Assembly (NCBI GenBank): GCA_963796275.1
Contig: CAWCKY010000001.1
Location: 704,001 to 768,000, forward strand
From: an uncultured Acidobacteriota bacterium
Lineage (GTDB): Bacteria; Acidobacteriota; Blastocatellia; RBC074
Direction of reading: 5' to 3'
DNA: 64,000 nucleotides
The notes beneath the pieces are model-generated. The model did no database searches. It was given only the letters and a program-made list of their open reading frames with translations, and was not told the DNA's origin. Of this stretch, positions 9,843 to 20,923 are shown one piece after another. Position 1 is the first letter of the stretch. Every line of letters starts with the position of its first letter. The position numbers and the translations under genes were made by a program.

Positions 9843-12800
9843 ATGAAAAACCTGAAACTGAATGAGATCATAATTTCCCAAGTGGTCTTTGCATTACTCA
9901 CCATCTCCCTGGCGTTCGCCTTGCCGAATCACACGACCTTGGCGCAAACAGGCGCGGGAACAGTGACTGGGACGATACAAGATACGACCCGGGCATCGAT
10001 CGCTGGCGCGAGCATCACGATCACACACACCGGGACCAATGTTTCACGCAACGTGGTCAGCTCGAGTGAGGGGACGTTTTACTTCGGCGCCTTAACGCCG
10101 GGCCCTTATGCTTTGGCCGTAGAGAAGCCGGGCTTCAAGAGATGGTCCGGTAATTTGGTCCTCCAGGTCGGACAGACCGCGGTGGTCGACCCTTCGATAG
10201 AGGTCGGCGCGATGGAGGATGCCGTTCAAATCACGAGCGCGGCCTCGGCCATCACCACCGAGAGCATGGACGTATCAGATGTCAAAGATTACCGGCGGAT
10301 TCAGCAATTGCCGCTGAACGGACGCCAGATCAGCTCGTTGTTCGGTCTGACGCCGGGGGTCGAGGGCGGGGCCAATGCTCGTGTTAACGGGTTGAAAGTC
10401 GGATCGATGGAGATCACGCTCGACGGCGTCTCGCTGGTCGATCGATTCGGCGGCGGCATGTCGCGCGTCGAGCCCGGACTGGACACGGTCCAGGAATTCC
10501 GCATAGAGATGGTCGGAAGCGATGCCCGTTATTCGCGTCCGGCCACGGTGACCTTGGCGACGCGCAGCGGCACCAACGATTTGCACGGAAGCCTCTTTGA
10601 GACGCATCGCAATAACGCGGGCGGTCTCGTAGCTCGGCGGCGCGAGAATACCGCGGGGGATCAGCCAAAACTGATTCGAAATGAATTCGGATTCTCGGCC
10701 GGCGGACCGGTCTGGCTACCGGGGAAGGTTTTTGGTCCTGCCGGCATCGACGGGCGCAACAAAGCCTTCTGGTTTGCTACATACGAAGGGTTACGCCAGC
10801 GGGAGCGCAGCCTTTCCACGGTCGTTCGGGTGCCGACCGAGGCGATGTGGAATGGCGATCTGAGCAATATAGTAGATGCAAATGGAGTGAAGTCGATCAT
10901 CTACGATCCGCTGAACCGCGATTCCGCGGGCAACCGGCTACCATTCACCGGGAATGTCATCCCGGCCGACCGGATAAGTCCGCTAGCTCGGACATTAAAG
11001 GGATTGACGGCGAGTCCGACCAATGAGAGAAACCCGCATCTCGATACCAACTTCCTCAAGTTCTATCCCCGCAGTATCGATGACGACAAGTTGACTTTCA
11101 GGGGCGACCTCAATGTCACCGACCGCGACACGATCTCGGTCAGGTATACGCGCAGCGTACGCGGCAGAGTAGTCGAAGGGGGAGTCTACGGCACTCCGAT
11201 CTCCGCCGAAGCCGGCGTGGGGACTTCTCGTGTTGATACAGCGGTCCACAATAGCTCGATCAACTTCAATCACACATTTTCTCCGACGCTCTTGAACGAA
11301 ACGCTGGTAGGCATTCAGCGCTCCGCCCACGACCAGGGAACGCTGGCCGATTTCACCGACTGGCCGGGCAAGCTCGGCTTCCCCAATCCATTCGGTGTGA
11401 CGGGGTGGCCGACATTCTACGCAGGCAATTTCGCCTTCGACTCGGATAATCATCACAACCAGGCTCTGACAAGTGGGGTCATCGAAAACAATACGACCTG
11501 GAACAAAGGGACGCACACCATTCAGTTTGGCGGAAAGATCCGCAAGGAGTGGAACAACGTGCGTGAGCTTCAGCAGGCGCAGGGGTCGCACACCTTCGGC
11601 GGCTCATGGACTTCGTTATACGATGCCAAAAGCGATAGGGCATTCGACTTTACCGGCTCCGGATTTGCCGATTTGCTACTGGGGTTGCCTGATTCTCTGT
11701 CCAATCAGTACAACCGCGGTTACTTCTATTTCCGGCAGACCGAAGCCGGACTCTACCTCAATGACAAGTGGAAGGTCACTCCGCGATTGACGCTCAACCT
11801 CGGAATGCGTTGGGACAAGTGGACGCCCTACACTGAAAAGTACAACCGCCTCGCCGTTGCGGACATCAGAACGGCCTTGGACCGGTTTGAGGTGATGACG
11901 CCCGGTAATCATCGTATGCAGGATCTACCGGGCATACCGTCGTCGGTACTCGACTCCTGGTCTGTGCGCGGTCTGACCTACGCGACTGCGAGTGAAAGGG
12001 GCTACCCGGGTAATCTGTTCCGCGCCGATAATAACAATTTGGGCGCGCGGGTGGGCGCGGCATTCAAGATCAACGACCGGACAGTCTTGCGCGGCGGATT
12101 TGGGGAGTATTTCTGGCCGATGCCGCTTTCGCAGATTCTGCAGTCGACCAGATACAATCCGCCCCTCAATCTGCGCTTCAGCACTGACGTCTTCGCAAAG
12201 AACGAAACTTTCAATTATCCGCTTGTTAGCCGGCCGGTAACCTCCGACTTCGTGCCCAATACGACGGTCAATACCGATGGTATCGTCGAAATGTCTCCGA
12301 GGGCGGCGCTCACCACTTTGTGGGATGGTCCCAACTGGAAGGACGGGCGCGTCCAATCCTGGCACGTCAGCCTCGAACGCGAACTGCCTTTCCAAACGAC
12401 TGTGCGCGTCAGCTACATCGGCGAACGCGGCCGCGATCTGGAGCAGCAGTTCGAACTCAATACGCAGGAGGCCGAATACAACTACGTTGCGCGCACCGGG
12501 CTGGCGCCGCCATCGAACCGCGACCTACTGCGCAGCAACAAGGATTGGAGCTTCATAGCGCTCAACCGCACAGGCTACTCGAATACCCACTCGGGTCAGA
12601 TCGAGATCGAGCGCCGGTTTACCAAGGGGATAGCTTTTCAATGGTTCTACGTCTATACGCGCTCGTTGAACACGACCGACGCGAATGGCTTCACCGACGG
12701 CAGCACCGGCATCAACTCCGGCGCGGGCGGCGGGCGTGTGCCGGAGAATCACCAGATCTTCGGCTCGCCAAATCTGAGCTACGACGAACGTCTGCGCCTG

Positions 12801-13487
12801 GTCTATTTCAACTCGACCAATGTCCCACCGCACCGTATTCGTTATAACGGCATCGTCGAGCTGCCTTTTGGCAAGGGCAAGGCGATTGCCGGGAACCTGT
12901 CTGGACCTGCAAATGCATTGATCGGCGGATGGCAGGTTGCCGCGATCGGCGATTGGCGCAGCGGTAACTGGAGCAGCATAGCCCCATCACGTTATCTCTT
13001 CGAAGATCCCACGCTTCGCCCCGATCAGCGGGTAGAGATGGATATCTTCGGGGCGCGTCAGCGGTTGTGGTTCCGCGGAGATTTCGATCCGACACAGGCG
13101 AAGAATGTGACGGGCGGCGATCTATTCGCCTTGGTGCCCGAAGATCGCTCGCAGCGAGCGGTTCGCCAGCTTGGCGCAGCCTTCAATAACAATTTGCAGC
13201 AGACGCTGGCCAACGGGATCCTACGCAATACGGCTATCGGCGATCTATACAATCCGAGTCCCAGAGCATTCTTTCTCGGGCCGGGCGCCTGGAACGTGGA
13301 CTTCTCGTTATACAAATTCTTCAGGATCAAAGAGCGGGTGAATACTCGTTTCTCGGCCGATTTCTTCAATGTCTTCAATCATCCGAACGACGTCAGTCCC
13401 GATGCGGTTACCGGATTGCAAGACCTCGGCCGGCAGAGTGGCGAAAATGCACGCGTCATTCAATTTGCTCTGAGGTTTGAATGGTAG
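9843..13487 (+). CDS. TonB-dependent outer membrane receptor, acidobacterial Oar-like type with N-terminal carboxypeptidase-regulatory-like domain
   Basis: Signal peptide, GTVTGTIQD.T.ASIAGA, LPLNGR, TRSGTNDLHGSLFE.HRN, RNEFG...GGP, LTLNLGMRWD, and C-terminal RVIQFALRFEW. Confidence 0.92.
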   Translation: MKNLKLNEIIISQVVFALLTISLAFALPNHTTLAQTGAGTVTGTIQDTTRASIAGASITITHTGTNVSRNVVSSSEGTFYFGALTPGPYALAVEKPGFKRWSGNLVLQVGQTAVVDPSIEVGAMEDAVQITSAASAITTESMDVSDVKDYRRIQQLPLNGRQISSLFGLTPGVEGGANARVNGLKVGSMEITLDGVSLVDRFGGGMSRVEPGLDTVQEFRIEMVGSDARYSRPATVTLATRSGTNDLHGSLFETHRNNAGGLVARRRENTAGDQPKLIRNEFGFSAGGPVWLPGKVFGPAGIDGRNKAFWFATYEGLRQRERSLSTVVRVPTEAMWNGDLSNIVDANGVKSIIYDPLNRDSAGNRLPFTGNVIPADRISPLARTLKGLTASPTNERNPHLDTNFLKFYPRSIDDDKLTFRGDLNVTDRDTISVRYTRSVRGRVVEGGVYGTPISAEAGVGTSRVDTAVHNSSINFNHTFSPTLLNETLVGIQRSAHDQGTLADFTDWPGKLGFPNPFGVTGWPTFYAGNFAFDSDNHHNQALTSGVIENNTTWNKGTHTIQFGGKIRKEWNNVRELQQAQGSHTFGGSWTSLYDAKSDRAFDFTGSGFADLLLGLPDSLSNQYNRGYFYFRQTEAGLYLNDKWKVTPRLTLNLGMRWDKWTPYTEKYNRLAVADIRTALDRFEVMTPGNHRMQDLPGIPSSVLDSWSVRGLTYATASERGYPGNLFRADNNNLGARVGAAFKINDRTVLRGGFGEYFWPMPLSQILQSTRYNPPLNLRFSTDVFAKNETFNYPLVSRPVTSDFVPNTTVNTDGIVEMSPRAALTTLWDGPNWKDGRVQSWHVSLERELPFQTTVRVSYIGERGRDLEQQFELNTQEAEYNYVARTGLAPPSNRDLLRSNKDWSFIALNRTGYSNTHSGQIEIERRFTKGIAFQWFYVYTRSLNTTDANGFTDGSTGINSGAGGGRVPENHQIFGSPNLSYDERLRLVYFNSTNVPPHRIRYNGIVELPFGKGKAIAGNLSGPANALIGGWQVAAIGDWRSGNWSSIAPSRYLFEDPTLRPDQRVEMDIFGARQRLWFRGDFDPTQAKNVTGGDLFALVPEDRSQRAVRQLGAAFNNNLQQTLANGILRNTAIGDLYNPSPRAFFLGPGAWNVDFSLYKFFRIKERVNTRFSADFFNVFNHPNDVSPDAVTGLQDLGRQSGENARVIQFALRFEW

Positions 13488-13508
13488 CGAGGTGGGGGCG
13501 AGGCATTT

Positions 13509-13666
13509 GAATGCAATTCTGAGTCGCGTAGCGTCAGATGAGAGGCGAACTCAACCGTCGCTATGCGACTCGAGATTTATATTGTCGGCTTCCCGGCCTT
13601 GAAAGGCCTGGAAAGACCGAGCTAAGATCAAAAGCCGCCACGCGGCATCAGAGTAGTATTTCATTC
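13509..13666. repeat. REP-like composite palindrome (CGCGTAGCG / GCCGC.ACGCGGC type)
   Basis: GAGTCGCGTAGCG (13521-13533) pairs with CGCTATGCGACTC (13559-13571). Further hairpins CCGGCCTTGAAAGGCCTGG and GCCGCCACGCGGC. Outer GAATGCAATTCT / AGTATTTCATTC inverted repeat. Confidence 0.6.
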
Positions 13667-13707
13667 CTATCTCACAATTAACGAAACGAGAGTGGAGAAT
13701 ATACAGA

Positions 13708-15951
13708 ATGAAAACCAGGATCGCCTTCCTGCTTTGCCTGGCTATCTTCGCCATTCCTGATAGCCAACAAAATCCGACTGAATTATTCCTGCGCGGATAT
13801 TCGGTAATTCCAACTCCGCAGAAGGTAGAGCTTCAGAGCGGCGAGATCGAGTTCGACGAGACATGGGTCTATCACGCGGGCAAGATCGGCGGAGACCACA
13901 TTGCGATTCGTTCGCTCGTCAGGGACTTGAAAGATTTCCATCGAATCGAATTGAAACCCTCTGGCAGCCAGGGGAAGAGATCGATTCGTCTGGCCGTGTC
14001 CAAAGCCGCGGTCAACACCGGCACCGATCCCGAAATAGAGAAACAGGGATACCGGCTGAGGATTACGCCGGATTCGATCGAGATCACTGGTAATGGCGAT
14101 GCCGGGCTATTTTACGGAGTCCAGACATTGCTCCAACTCCTCAAGCCAGGCCCGCGCGGCCGTATTTTGTTGCCATTGGCCGCGATTGAAGACTGGCCCA
14201 CGATGCAACTGCGGTTTCTCCATTGGGACACCAAGCACCATCAGGATCGTATGGAGACACTCAAACGATATCTCGATTGGTCGGCCAGATTCAAAATCAA
14301 CATGATCGGATTCGAGCTCGAAGATAAGTTCGCTTATCCGTCAAATCCGATCATCGCAGCGCCGGGCGCATTCTCCGTCGCCGAAATGCAGGAGATCGTC
14401 GACTACGGGCTGGAGCGATTCATTCAGGTCGTACCGCAAATTCAGGCTCCGGCCCACCTGGGCTATGTGCTCAAGCACCCACAGTTTGCGCATCTGCGCT
14501 CCGACGGCAACAACTATCAGGCGTGCTTGTGCGATGAAGAGAGCTACAGGCTGATCTTTCAGATGTACGACGATGCGATCAAAGCGACGAAGGGGATCGA
14601 TTATCTCTTCGTTTCGACTGATGAGGTTTATTACGCGGGCAGTTGTGCTAAATGCAGTCAGCCGTACGACCCCGAGAAACGCAGCCTGAAGTGGGTCGAG
14701 TTCGTCCGTCGGGCGCGCGACTTCGCGGCGGAACGTGGCCGCAGAATACTGGTTTGGGCCGAATATCCGCTGCTGACTGAACACCTGAGTATGCTGCCTT
14801 CAGACATCATCGATGGCATCATAGGCGAAGAGGGGTACCTCAAGGCGGAGAACGAGATCGGAATACGGCAATTGGCTTATACCTCGATGCAGGGCGCTGA
14901 ATTGCTCTTTCCCAACTACCTTCCCGAGTTCTCGGGCGCGGGTGGAGATCGTGGGCCGGCGATAGGTCGTCTCAGGTCGGCATATGAAACGATATCGTTT
15001 GGCCGTGCCTGGCGAGGAAAACCGATAGGCGTATTCGGCGCCGCCTGGGGTGATGCAGGATTGCATAATGAGACGTTCTGGCTGGGCTGGGCGACCGTTG
15101 CGGAATACGGCTGGACTCCGGGCAGTCCGGCGGTGGAGCAGACGGTGGCCGAATTCATCAATGTTTACTACGGCCCGCACGTTTTTGAGATGGTTGAAAT
15201 TTATCGCGGTCTGCAATCGCAAGCGCAATTCTTCGAAAAATCGTGGGATCGCGTGACCTCGCGAGTTCGCGGTGCGGGTTACGGCAATTCCCGCGGTAAA
15301 GGAATCGGTACAACACGCTACGATTACACGCTACCGCCGCCAGCCACGCCGGATTTGCCTGCCCTCAGCTTCACCCCCGTTTATACCGGTCGCTATCAAA
15401 ACCTGGTCACTGATGCGCAGGCGCGGGCGCAGGAGAACGACGCGCTCGTTCATCGCATCCATCAAAATATGATCAAAGCTGATCGCAACCATTACAATCT
15501 CGAAGTCTTCCTCTCGCTCGCCGGCCTGACTGGCCATCACAATCGCCTGATTCTAGGTATGAGAGAGATTGAAGACGGGCTGAAGGCGGCGCGGGAGTCC
15601 GCTGAAAAGAACGATGCTCGACAAGCGGTTGGTCGTCTTCTTTCTGCTTATGGCAAGGCGCGCGCCCTTACGATCGAGCGGCAGCAGATTTTCCAGCGGC
15701 TGAAGACGATATGGGAGAAGAGCCAATTCCCGAAAGGGAGAGCGGTGGATGGCAAGAAGTTCTATCACGTCTTTGATGATACCAAAGATCATTGGGCGGA
15801 TCGCCGCGCCGATCTGAGCTACCTCGTTGCCCCGGAAGAGAGCATGGAATTGGAAAAATGGATGCAAAGACTCGCCTCCGTGATCCGGGATTATGCGAAA
15901 AAGAACGATGTTCCGGTCCGTATGTTGGAAGAGGCGAGGTTGGAGAATTAG
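13708..15951 (+). CDS. GH20 family beta-N-acetylhexosaminidase-like glycoside hydrolase
   Basis: Signal peptide. GH20 N-terminal domain (IPTPQ, QGYRLRI, GLFYGVQTLLQL, IEDWP...LR). Motifs VP.IQAPAH and catalytic STDEV. Confidence 0.85.
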   Translation: MKTRIAFLLCLAIFAIPDSQQNPTELFLRGYSVIPTPQKVELQSGEIEFDETWVYHAGKIGGDHIAIRSLVRDLKDFHRIELKPSGSQGKRSIRLAVSKAAVNTGTDPEIEKQGYRLRITPDSIEITGNGDAGLFYGVQTLLQLLKPGPRGRILLPLAAIEDWPTMQLRFLHWDTKHHQDRMETLKRYLDWSARFKINMIGFELEDKFAYPSNPIIAAPGAFSVAEMQEIVDYGLERFIQVVPQIQAPAHLGYVLKHPQFAHLRSDGNNYQACLCDEESYRLIFQMYDDAIKATKGIDYLFVSTDEVYYAGSCAKCSQPYDPEKRSLKWVEFVRRARDFAAERGRRILVWAEYPLLTEHLSMLPSDIIDGIIGEEGYLKAENEIGIRQLAYTSMQGAELLFPNYLPEFSGAGGDRGPAIGRLRSAYETISFGRAWRGKPIGVFGAAWGDAGLHNETFWLGWATVAEYGWTPGSPAVEQTVAEFINVYYGPHVFEMVEIYRGLQSQAQFFEKSWDRVTSRVRGAGYGNSRGKGIGTTRYDYTLPPPATPDLPALSFTPVYTGRYQNLVTDAQARAQENDALVHRIHQNMIKADRNHYNLEVFLSLAGLTGHHNRLILGMREIEDGLKAARESAEKNDARQAVGRLLSAYGKARALTIERQQIFQRLKTIWEKSQFPKGRAVDGKKFYHVFDDTKDHWADRRADLSYLVAPEESMELEKWMQRLASVIRDYAKKNDVPVRMLEEARLEN

Positions 15952-15957
15952 CCGGGA

Positions 15958-16259
15958 GATACGGGGTAATAAAATGTCGATAGTTTAGGTTCTTCTCAAC
16001 TCATATGCGAACGCCGCAGGTTGATCGATACGGTCAGGTTAATTGGAGATTGTTAAATAGAAGGTCGTTGAATCGACTAATCGGTCCTGAGAGCCAGCGG
16101 CGCGGGATGTTTATTGAACTCGTCCTCTCACATCTCACAAGCTCCGGAGGAGGAGCGAAATATGAATGCATGTATGTCACTCCTCCGGAGCTCGTGAGAC
16201 TTCGGTAATCGGATGCTATATACATCGGGCTCCTCCGGATAACTTTATTTTCCAGTATC
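15958..16259. repeat. REP-like palindrome (GCTCCGGAGGAG type) between convergent genes
   Basis: TCTCACAAGCTCCGGAGGAG (16133-16152) pairs with CTCCTCCGGAGCTCGTGAGA (16180-16199). Third GCTCCTCCGGA copy near 16230. Outer 13/16 inverted repeat at 15958-15973 / 16244-16259. Confidence 0.6.
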
Positions 16260-16264
16260 CTGAT

Positions 16265-18589
16265 TTAATTAGGCTGATCGAGGTATGATGGCAAAGTATT
16301 TCGCCATGGATATTCGAGTGATGCTACTGAAGCATCTATCAATCTCTCTCCATCGCATTCGATACTTAATTGATCGCTGCCCACCTCACCGATGATTGAG
16401 CATATTGCGCCATTCTCCGCGGCGATTTCTCTCACTCGAGCAACGTGCTCCGCTTTGGCGCTCAATATGATTCTGGATGGAGATTCTCCGAATAACAATG
16501 CCGCGCGGTCTTTTAAAGCGCCTGATAACTTGCTGTGAGAAGCGTGATCGCTCAGGTCGATTCGGGCACCTATCGGGTTGCGACGATAACTCGAGAAGCA
16601 GCATTCGGCCAGGGCGACCGCCATGCCACCGTCGCTGCAGTCGTGAGCAGAGCAGACCAACCCCTCGCGGATCGCATCCAGACATGTCTTCTGGACAATT
16701 TTTTCAGCCGCAAAATCGAGCCGCGGGACCGCGCCGATTTGTTCACCGGCAAGGATAGATAACAGCTCGGTGGCCCCGATGTCCGCCCGCGTCACACCGA
16801 GCATCATGATCACATCGCCGGCCTCTTTGAACCACTGGGTCGTTGTATGTTTGGCATCCTCGATGACGCCGAGCATGCCGATGACTGGAGTCGGGTAGAT
16901 GCCTCGCCCTTCTGTTTCGTTGTAAAAACTGACATTGCCTCCGGTCACAGGTGTGCCGAGCTCGCGGCAGGCATCGGCAATTCCTTCAATGGTCTCGCTG
17001 AAAGACCACATAATTTCCGGCCGTTCAGGACTGGCGAAGTTCAAACAATTAGTAATGGCCAGCGGGATGGCTCCGCTGCAGACGATGTTGCGGGCCGATT
17101 CGGCCACGGCCAGGCGCGCGCCCTCACGCGGATTGAGCTGGCAGTAACGCCCATTGCCGTCGACTGACATGGCAAGCAAGCGCCGCGTCTCTTTTACTCG
17201 TATCACCGCAGCATCCGAGCCCGGCAGAACGACGGTGTTCGTGCGCACCATATGATCGTACTGGCGATAGACCCATTCTTTCGAAGCCAGGTTCGGCGAT
17301 GTTATCAGCCGGCCGAGGACTTTCGTCATTAGCTGCGGAATGTCGTGGTTAGCGGTCTCCGCTGCGAGCTTCTTCAGTCCGGATTCGATCTTCGGCCCGA
17401 CGTCTTCGGTGTCGATCACGACCGGAGTCTGTGGGCGGTCGTATCGCGGCGCCTCGTCTGTCAGAGCCGAATTCGGGATTTCGGCGACCACCTCGCCTTT
17501 GTGAATCACCCTCAATTTCCGGTCGCCGGTGACGCGGCCGATGATGCAGGCATCGAGGTCCCAGCGCTGGAAAATTTCGAGTACCTGACGCTCGCGGCCG
17601 CGCTCGGCGACGATCAACATCCTCTCCTGCGATTCGGAGAGCATCATCTCATAGGCTGTCATTCCGGCTTCGCGTTGCGGTACCAATTCGAGATTGATCT
17701 CAATGCCTGTGCCCGCGCGTGCTCCCATCTCACAGGAAGAAGATGTCAGGCCCGCCGCGCCCATATCCTGAATGCCGACGATTGCGCCTGCGCGCATGGA
17801 CTCGAGACAGGCTTCGAGCAGTAACTTCTCGGCGAAGGGATCGCCGACCTGCACGGTCGGCCGTTTCTCCATCGCCGCCTCGTCGAATTCCGCTGAAGCC
17901 ATCGTCGCGCCGTGAATCCCGTCGCGTCCGGTCTTCGCCCCGACATAGATCACCGAATTGCCGATGCCTTCCGCTTTGCCATAAAAGATCTGTTCGCGCC
18001 GCACAAGCCCGAGCGCGAATGCGTTGACGAGCGGATTGAGCGAATAACGATCATCGAAATAGACTTCTCCGCCGATGGTCGGGACGCCGAAGGCATTGCC
18101 GTAATCGCCGAGCCCCTTCACCACGCCGGCCATGATCCGTCGGTTGCGCGCGATGGTGCGGCCGGATTCCCCATCTGTACTCGCTTTGTCGTGGATTGGA
18201 CCGAAGCGCAGGCTGTTCATTGATGCCACGGGACGTGCGCCCATTGTAAAAATATCGCGCAATATTCCCCCGACCCCTGTCGCGGCCCCCTGATAAGGTT
18301 CGATGAACGACGGATGATTGTGCGATTCGATCTTGAATGCGACACACCAACCGTCGCCTATGTCGACGATTCCCGCGTTCTCGCCAGGACCCTGTACGAG
18401 AAACGGACCATCGACCGGCAGGCGTTTCAAGTGAATCTTGGAGGACTTGTATGAACAATGCTCCGACCACATCACCGAGAAGATGCCGAGTTCTGTAAAC
18501 GATGGTTCGCGACCGAGAAGCTGCCTGATGCGCTCATATTCGGCGTCCGTGAGATTATGCTGCTCGAGAAGTTCCGGCGTGATTTTCAT
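16265..18589 (-). CDS. purL: Phosphoribosylformylglycinamidine synthase subunit PurL
   Basis: [47 protein letters not shown] and GGNVSFYNE. Start MKITPE at 18589. Confidence 0.97.
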   Translation of the reverse strand: MKITPELLEQHNLTDAEYERIRQLLGREPSFTELGIFSVMWSEHCSYKSSKIHLKRLPVDGPFLVQGPGENAGIVDIGDGWCVAFKIESHNHPSFIEPYQGAATGVGGILRDIFTMGARPVASMNSLRFGPIHDKASTDGESGRTIARNRRIMAGVVKGLGDYGNAFGVPTIGGEVYFDDRYSLNPLVNAFALGLVRREQIFYGKAEGIGNSVIYVGAKTGRDGIHGATMASAEFDEAAMEKRPTVQVGDPFAEKLLLEACLESMRAGAIVGIQDMGAAGLTSSSCEMGARAGTGIEINLELVPQREAGMTAYEMMLSESQERMLIVAERGRERQVLEIFQRWDLDACIIGRVTGDRKLRVIHKGEVVAEIPNSALTDEAPRYDRPQTPVVIDTEDVGPKIESGLKKLAAETANHDIPQLMTKVLGRLITSPNLASKEWVYRQYDHMVRTNTVVLPGSDAAVIRVKETRRLLAMSVDGNGRYCQLNPREGARLAVAESARNIVCSGAIPLAITNCLNFASPERPEIMWSFSETIEGIADACRELGTPVTGGNVSFYNETEGRGIYPTPVIGMLGVIEDAKHTTTQWFKEAGDVIMMLGVTRADIGATELLSILAGEQIGAVPRLDFAAEKIVQKTCLDAIREGLVCSAHDCSDGGMAVALAECCFSSYRRNPIGARIDLSDHASHSKLSGALKDRAALLFGESPSRIILSAKAEHVARVREIAAENGAICSIIGEVGSDQLSIECDGERLIDASVASLEYPWRNTLPSYLDQPN

Positions 18590-18722
18590 GATTTCAGATA
18601 TGGAAGAGACAATGGGCATCGTGGCACGGGGAAGATTTGGTTCCATTTTCGGCGATCGGTTCGTTGGTCATCGATCTCCACGTCTGATTTTCATCCAACG
18701 TCCAACCGCCCCGTTTCTCTTC

Positions 18723-19433
18723 TCAGGCCCGCAATTTGATTATTTCGCGTAATGAGTCAGCCATAGAAAGGAGGATCATGCGACCATCGATACTGCCCAG
18801 AAGACTCTCGGAGGCTCGCTCCGGATGCGGCATCAACCCGAGCACATTGCGATCGCGGTTGCAGATGCCCGCGATGTTATTGAACGAGCCGTTCGGATTG
18901 GACTCCTCCGAAACGCTACCGTTGGCATCGCAATAGCGAAAGATGACGCAACCTTCTCCTTCCAGTTCGTCCAGTGTTCTTTGATCGCAGAAATAGTTTC
19001 CTTCGCCGTGCGCGATCGGAGCGCTGATCACTTGCCCTGCCGAACAGGCAGAGGTGAAGGGCGTGTCCGTGCTCTCTACCCGGATATTGACGTGGTCGCA
19101 GATGAATTTGAGGTCGCGATTGCGCAGGAGCGCCCCGGGCAGAAGTCCCGCTTCGCACAGGATCTGAAAGCCGTTGCAGACGCCGAGCACGAGCCCACCA
19201 GCCTTTGCGAATTCGACGACTGACTTCATGACAGGAGAGAAACGCGCGATCGCGCCGGTGCGCAGATAATCGCCGTAAGAGAAGCCGCCGGGCAGGATAA
19301 TCGCGTCGAATCGATCGATCTCTTCTTCCTTATGCCAGATGAAATCGACAGGCTGCCCGATGACCTTGCTGATCACGTGATAAGTGTCGTGATCGCAATT
19401 CGAGCCGGGGAAAACGACTACGCCGAATTTCAT
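18723..19433 (-). CDS. purQ: Phosphoribosylformylglycinamidine synthase subunit PurQ
   Basis: [38 protein letters not shown] and MPHPER. Confidence 0.97.
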   Translation of the reverse strand: MKFGVVVFPGSNCDHDTYHVISKVIGQPVDFIWHKEEEIDRFDAIILPGGFSYGDYLRTGAIARFSPVMKSVVEFAKAGGLVLGVCNGFQILCEAGLLPGALLRNRDLKFICDHVNIRVESTDTPFTSACSAGQVISAPIAHGEGNYFCDQRTLDELEGEGCVIFRYCDANGSVSEESNPNGSFNNIAGICNRDRNVLGLMPHPERASESLLGSIDGRMILLSMADSLREIIKLRA

Positions 19434-19699
19434 TTCGCTTGTCCTTTTGGCTTTAAGGTGAGAACTAATATGTATATTTACTACATCATTTGCCGAATGT
19501 CTAGGCTGTCCGACCGGCGGAATTGGGCATTCACTATTTGATTTATTGAAGAGCCTCTATTACAGTTGCTCATCATCGTCAGTTTCTTCTTCCCTCCGTG
19601 AGCATAGCTCGACGATTTAACAATTACCCCCAGAGGGTGCTGAGGAAACGAGGAAGTATCGTCCCCGATAAACCGGGGCACTGCATTTGCTGGTATCCC

Positions 19700-20365
19700 G
19701 TGGTCTATTCGGAATTCAAAATAAGTAAGAAAGAGTTAGATTTTTTGCGAAGTCGCTGGGAAGCGCTTTTCTGCGGATACGATGCCGATAAGAGAGATGT
19801 CGAGGAACTCTACCTTCAACTCGTACGGTTATATTCGGCCGATGGCCGTGCTTATCACAACCTGAGCCATATCGGATCGCTCCTGCAGCTGAGCGATACT
19901 TTTCGCGATCGAATCCAGAATTACCATGCCTTCAGCTTCGCCATCTGGTTTCACGATGCCATTTACGACACCAGAAACAGGGATAATGAAGAACTCAGCG
20001 CGAAATTTGCCGTCAAGAGTATCGGCCGGTTCAAAGTGCCTGTCGATACGCTGGTGCTGATTTGTGAGATGATCCTGGCGACCAGAGAACATCTGAACGT
20101 TGGTGGTTCCGAAGATATCAACCTATTTCTCGATCTTGACTTATCAATCTTGGGAAGCACTGAACAGATCTACCAATGTTATGCGCGGGCAATCAGAGAA
20201 GAATACGAGTGGGCGCCGGCATTTCTTTACAGGGAGGGAAGGAAAAAAGTGCTCGTCAGTTTTCTAGACAGAGAGTCGATATTCTTCAACAGCGAGATGG
20301 TGAAAATGTTTGAGGAGCAGGCGAGAAGAAATATCGGACGCGAGATAGAATCTCTATCGAATTGA
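19700..20365 (+). CDS. HD-superfamily metal-dependent phosphohydrolase (COG4339-like)
   Basis: RAYHNLSHI, AIWFHDAIYD, DNEELSA, FLDLDLSILG and IREEY. Start uncertain (GTG 19700 used). Confidence 0.8.
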   Translation: MVYSEFKISKKELDFLRSRWEALFCGYDADKRDVEELYLQLVRLYSADGRAYHNLSHIGSLLQLSDTFRDRIQNYHAFSFAIWFHDAIYDTRNRDNEELSAKFAVKSIGRFKVPVDTLVLICEMILATREHLNVGGSEDINLFLDLDLSILGSTEQIYQCYARAIREEYEWAPAFLYREGRKKVLVSFLDRESIFFNSEMVKMFEEQARRNIGREIESLSN

Positions 20366-20366
20366 T

Positions 20367-20891
20367 ATGTTTTGCCGCAAGTGTGGATATGAACTGAGAC
20401 CCGAATCGCGCTTCTGCAGACGTTGCGGCGTGCCGATCATGAACCGGCCTACGGAAGGCGAGCTCAACCCTCGCCGAACCGTTAACTTACCGCGAGATGA
20501 AAATCCAGTTCCTAACAGTAGCGGCTTTCGTTCTCAGGAACAGAGCGAGCGCTCGACAATTCCCCCGCTCAGGACCCCACCGCCGCCCGACCCGCCCGTC
20601 TATCGTGATAGCAAAAAATCGGAATCAGATATTTCCTGGATGAGTGCGCGGGTTCAGCGAGACCTGCCACCGCTCCCCAAGCCTTCGCGCGCCAAAACAG
20701 TAATCAGGAATCAGCTCGCCACCTCGCCTATCAGCATGCCGATGCGCCGGGAGCCGGAAGCCAAACCGTTTTTCACACAGGCATTGACTGCCGATAAAAA
20801 CCCTCAGCATCGAAGGCTGGTTGCGGTCGTGCCTCTGCTTCTTCTGGCTGTCATATTATTGTTTATCTTCGCCTATTTCGCGGGACGTTGA
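20367..20891 (+). CDS. Zinc-ribbon protein with Pro-rich linker and C-terminal membrane anchor
   Basis: MFCRKCG...FCRRCG at the N-terminus and a hydrophobic C-terminal helix. Confidence 0.7.
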   Translation: MFCRKCGYELRPESRFCRRCGVPIMNRPTEGELNPRRTVNLPRDENPVPNSSGFRSQEQSERSTIPPLRTPPPPDPPVYRDSKKSESDISWMSARVQRDLPPLPKPSRAKTVIRNQLATSPISMPMRREPEAKPFFTQALTADKNPQHRRLVAVVPLLLLAVILLFIFAYFAGR

Positions 20892-20923
20892 GATGGGATC
20901 TATTTTTCCGAAGAGGTCAAACT

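Noticed and set aside
19434-19700. Purine-related riboswitch upstream of purQ
   Set aside because: Small hairpins exist, but I could not match purine, ZTP or PRPP riboswitch consensus. An Rfam scan would settle it.
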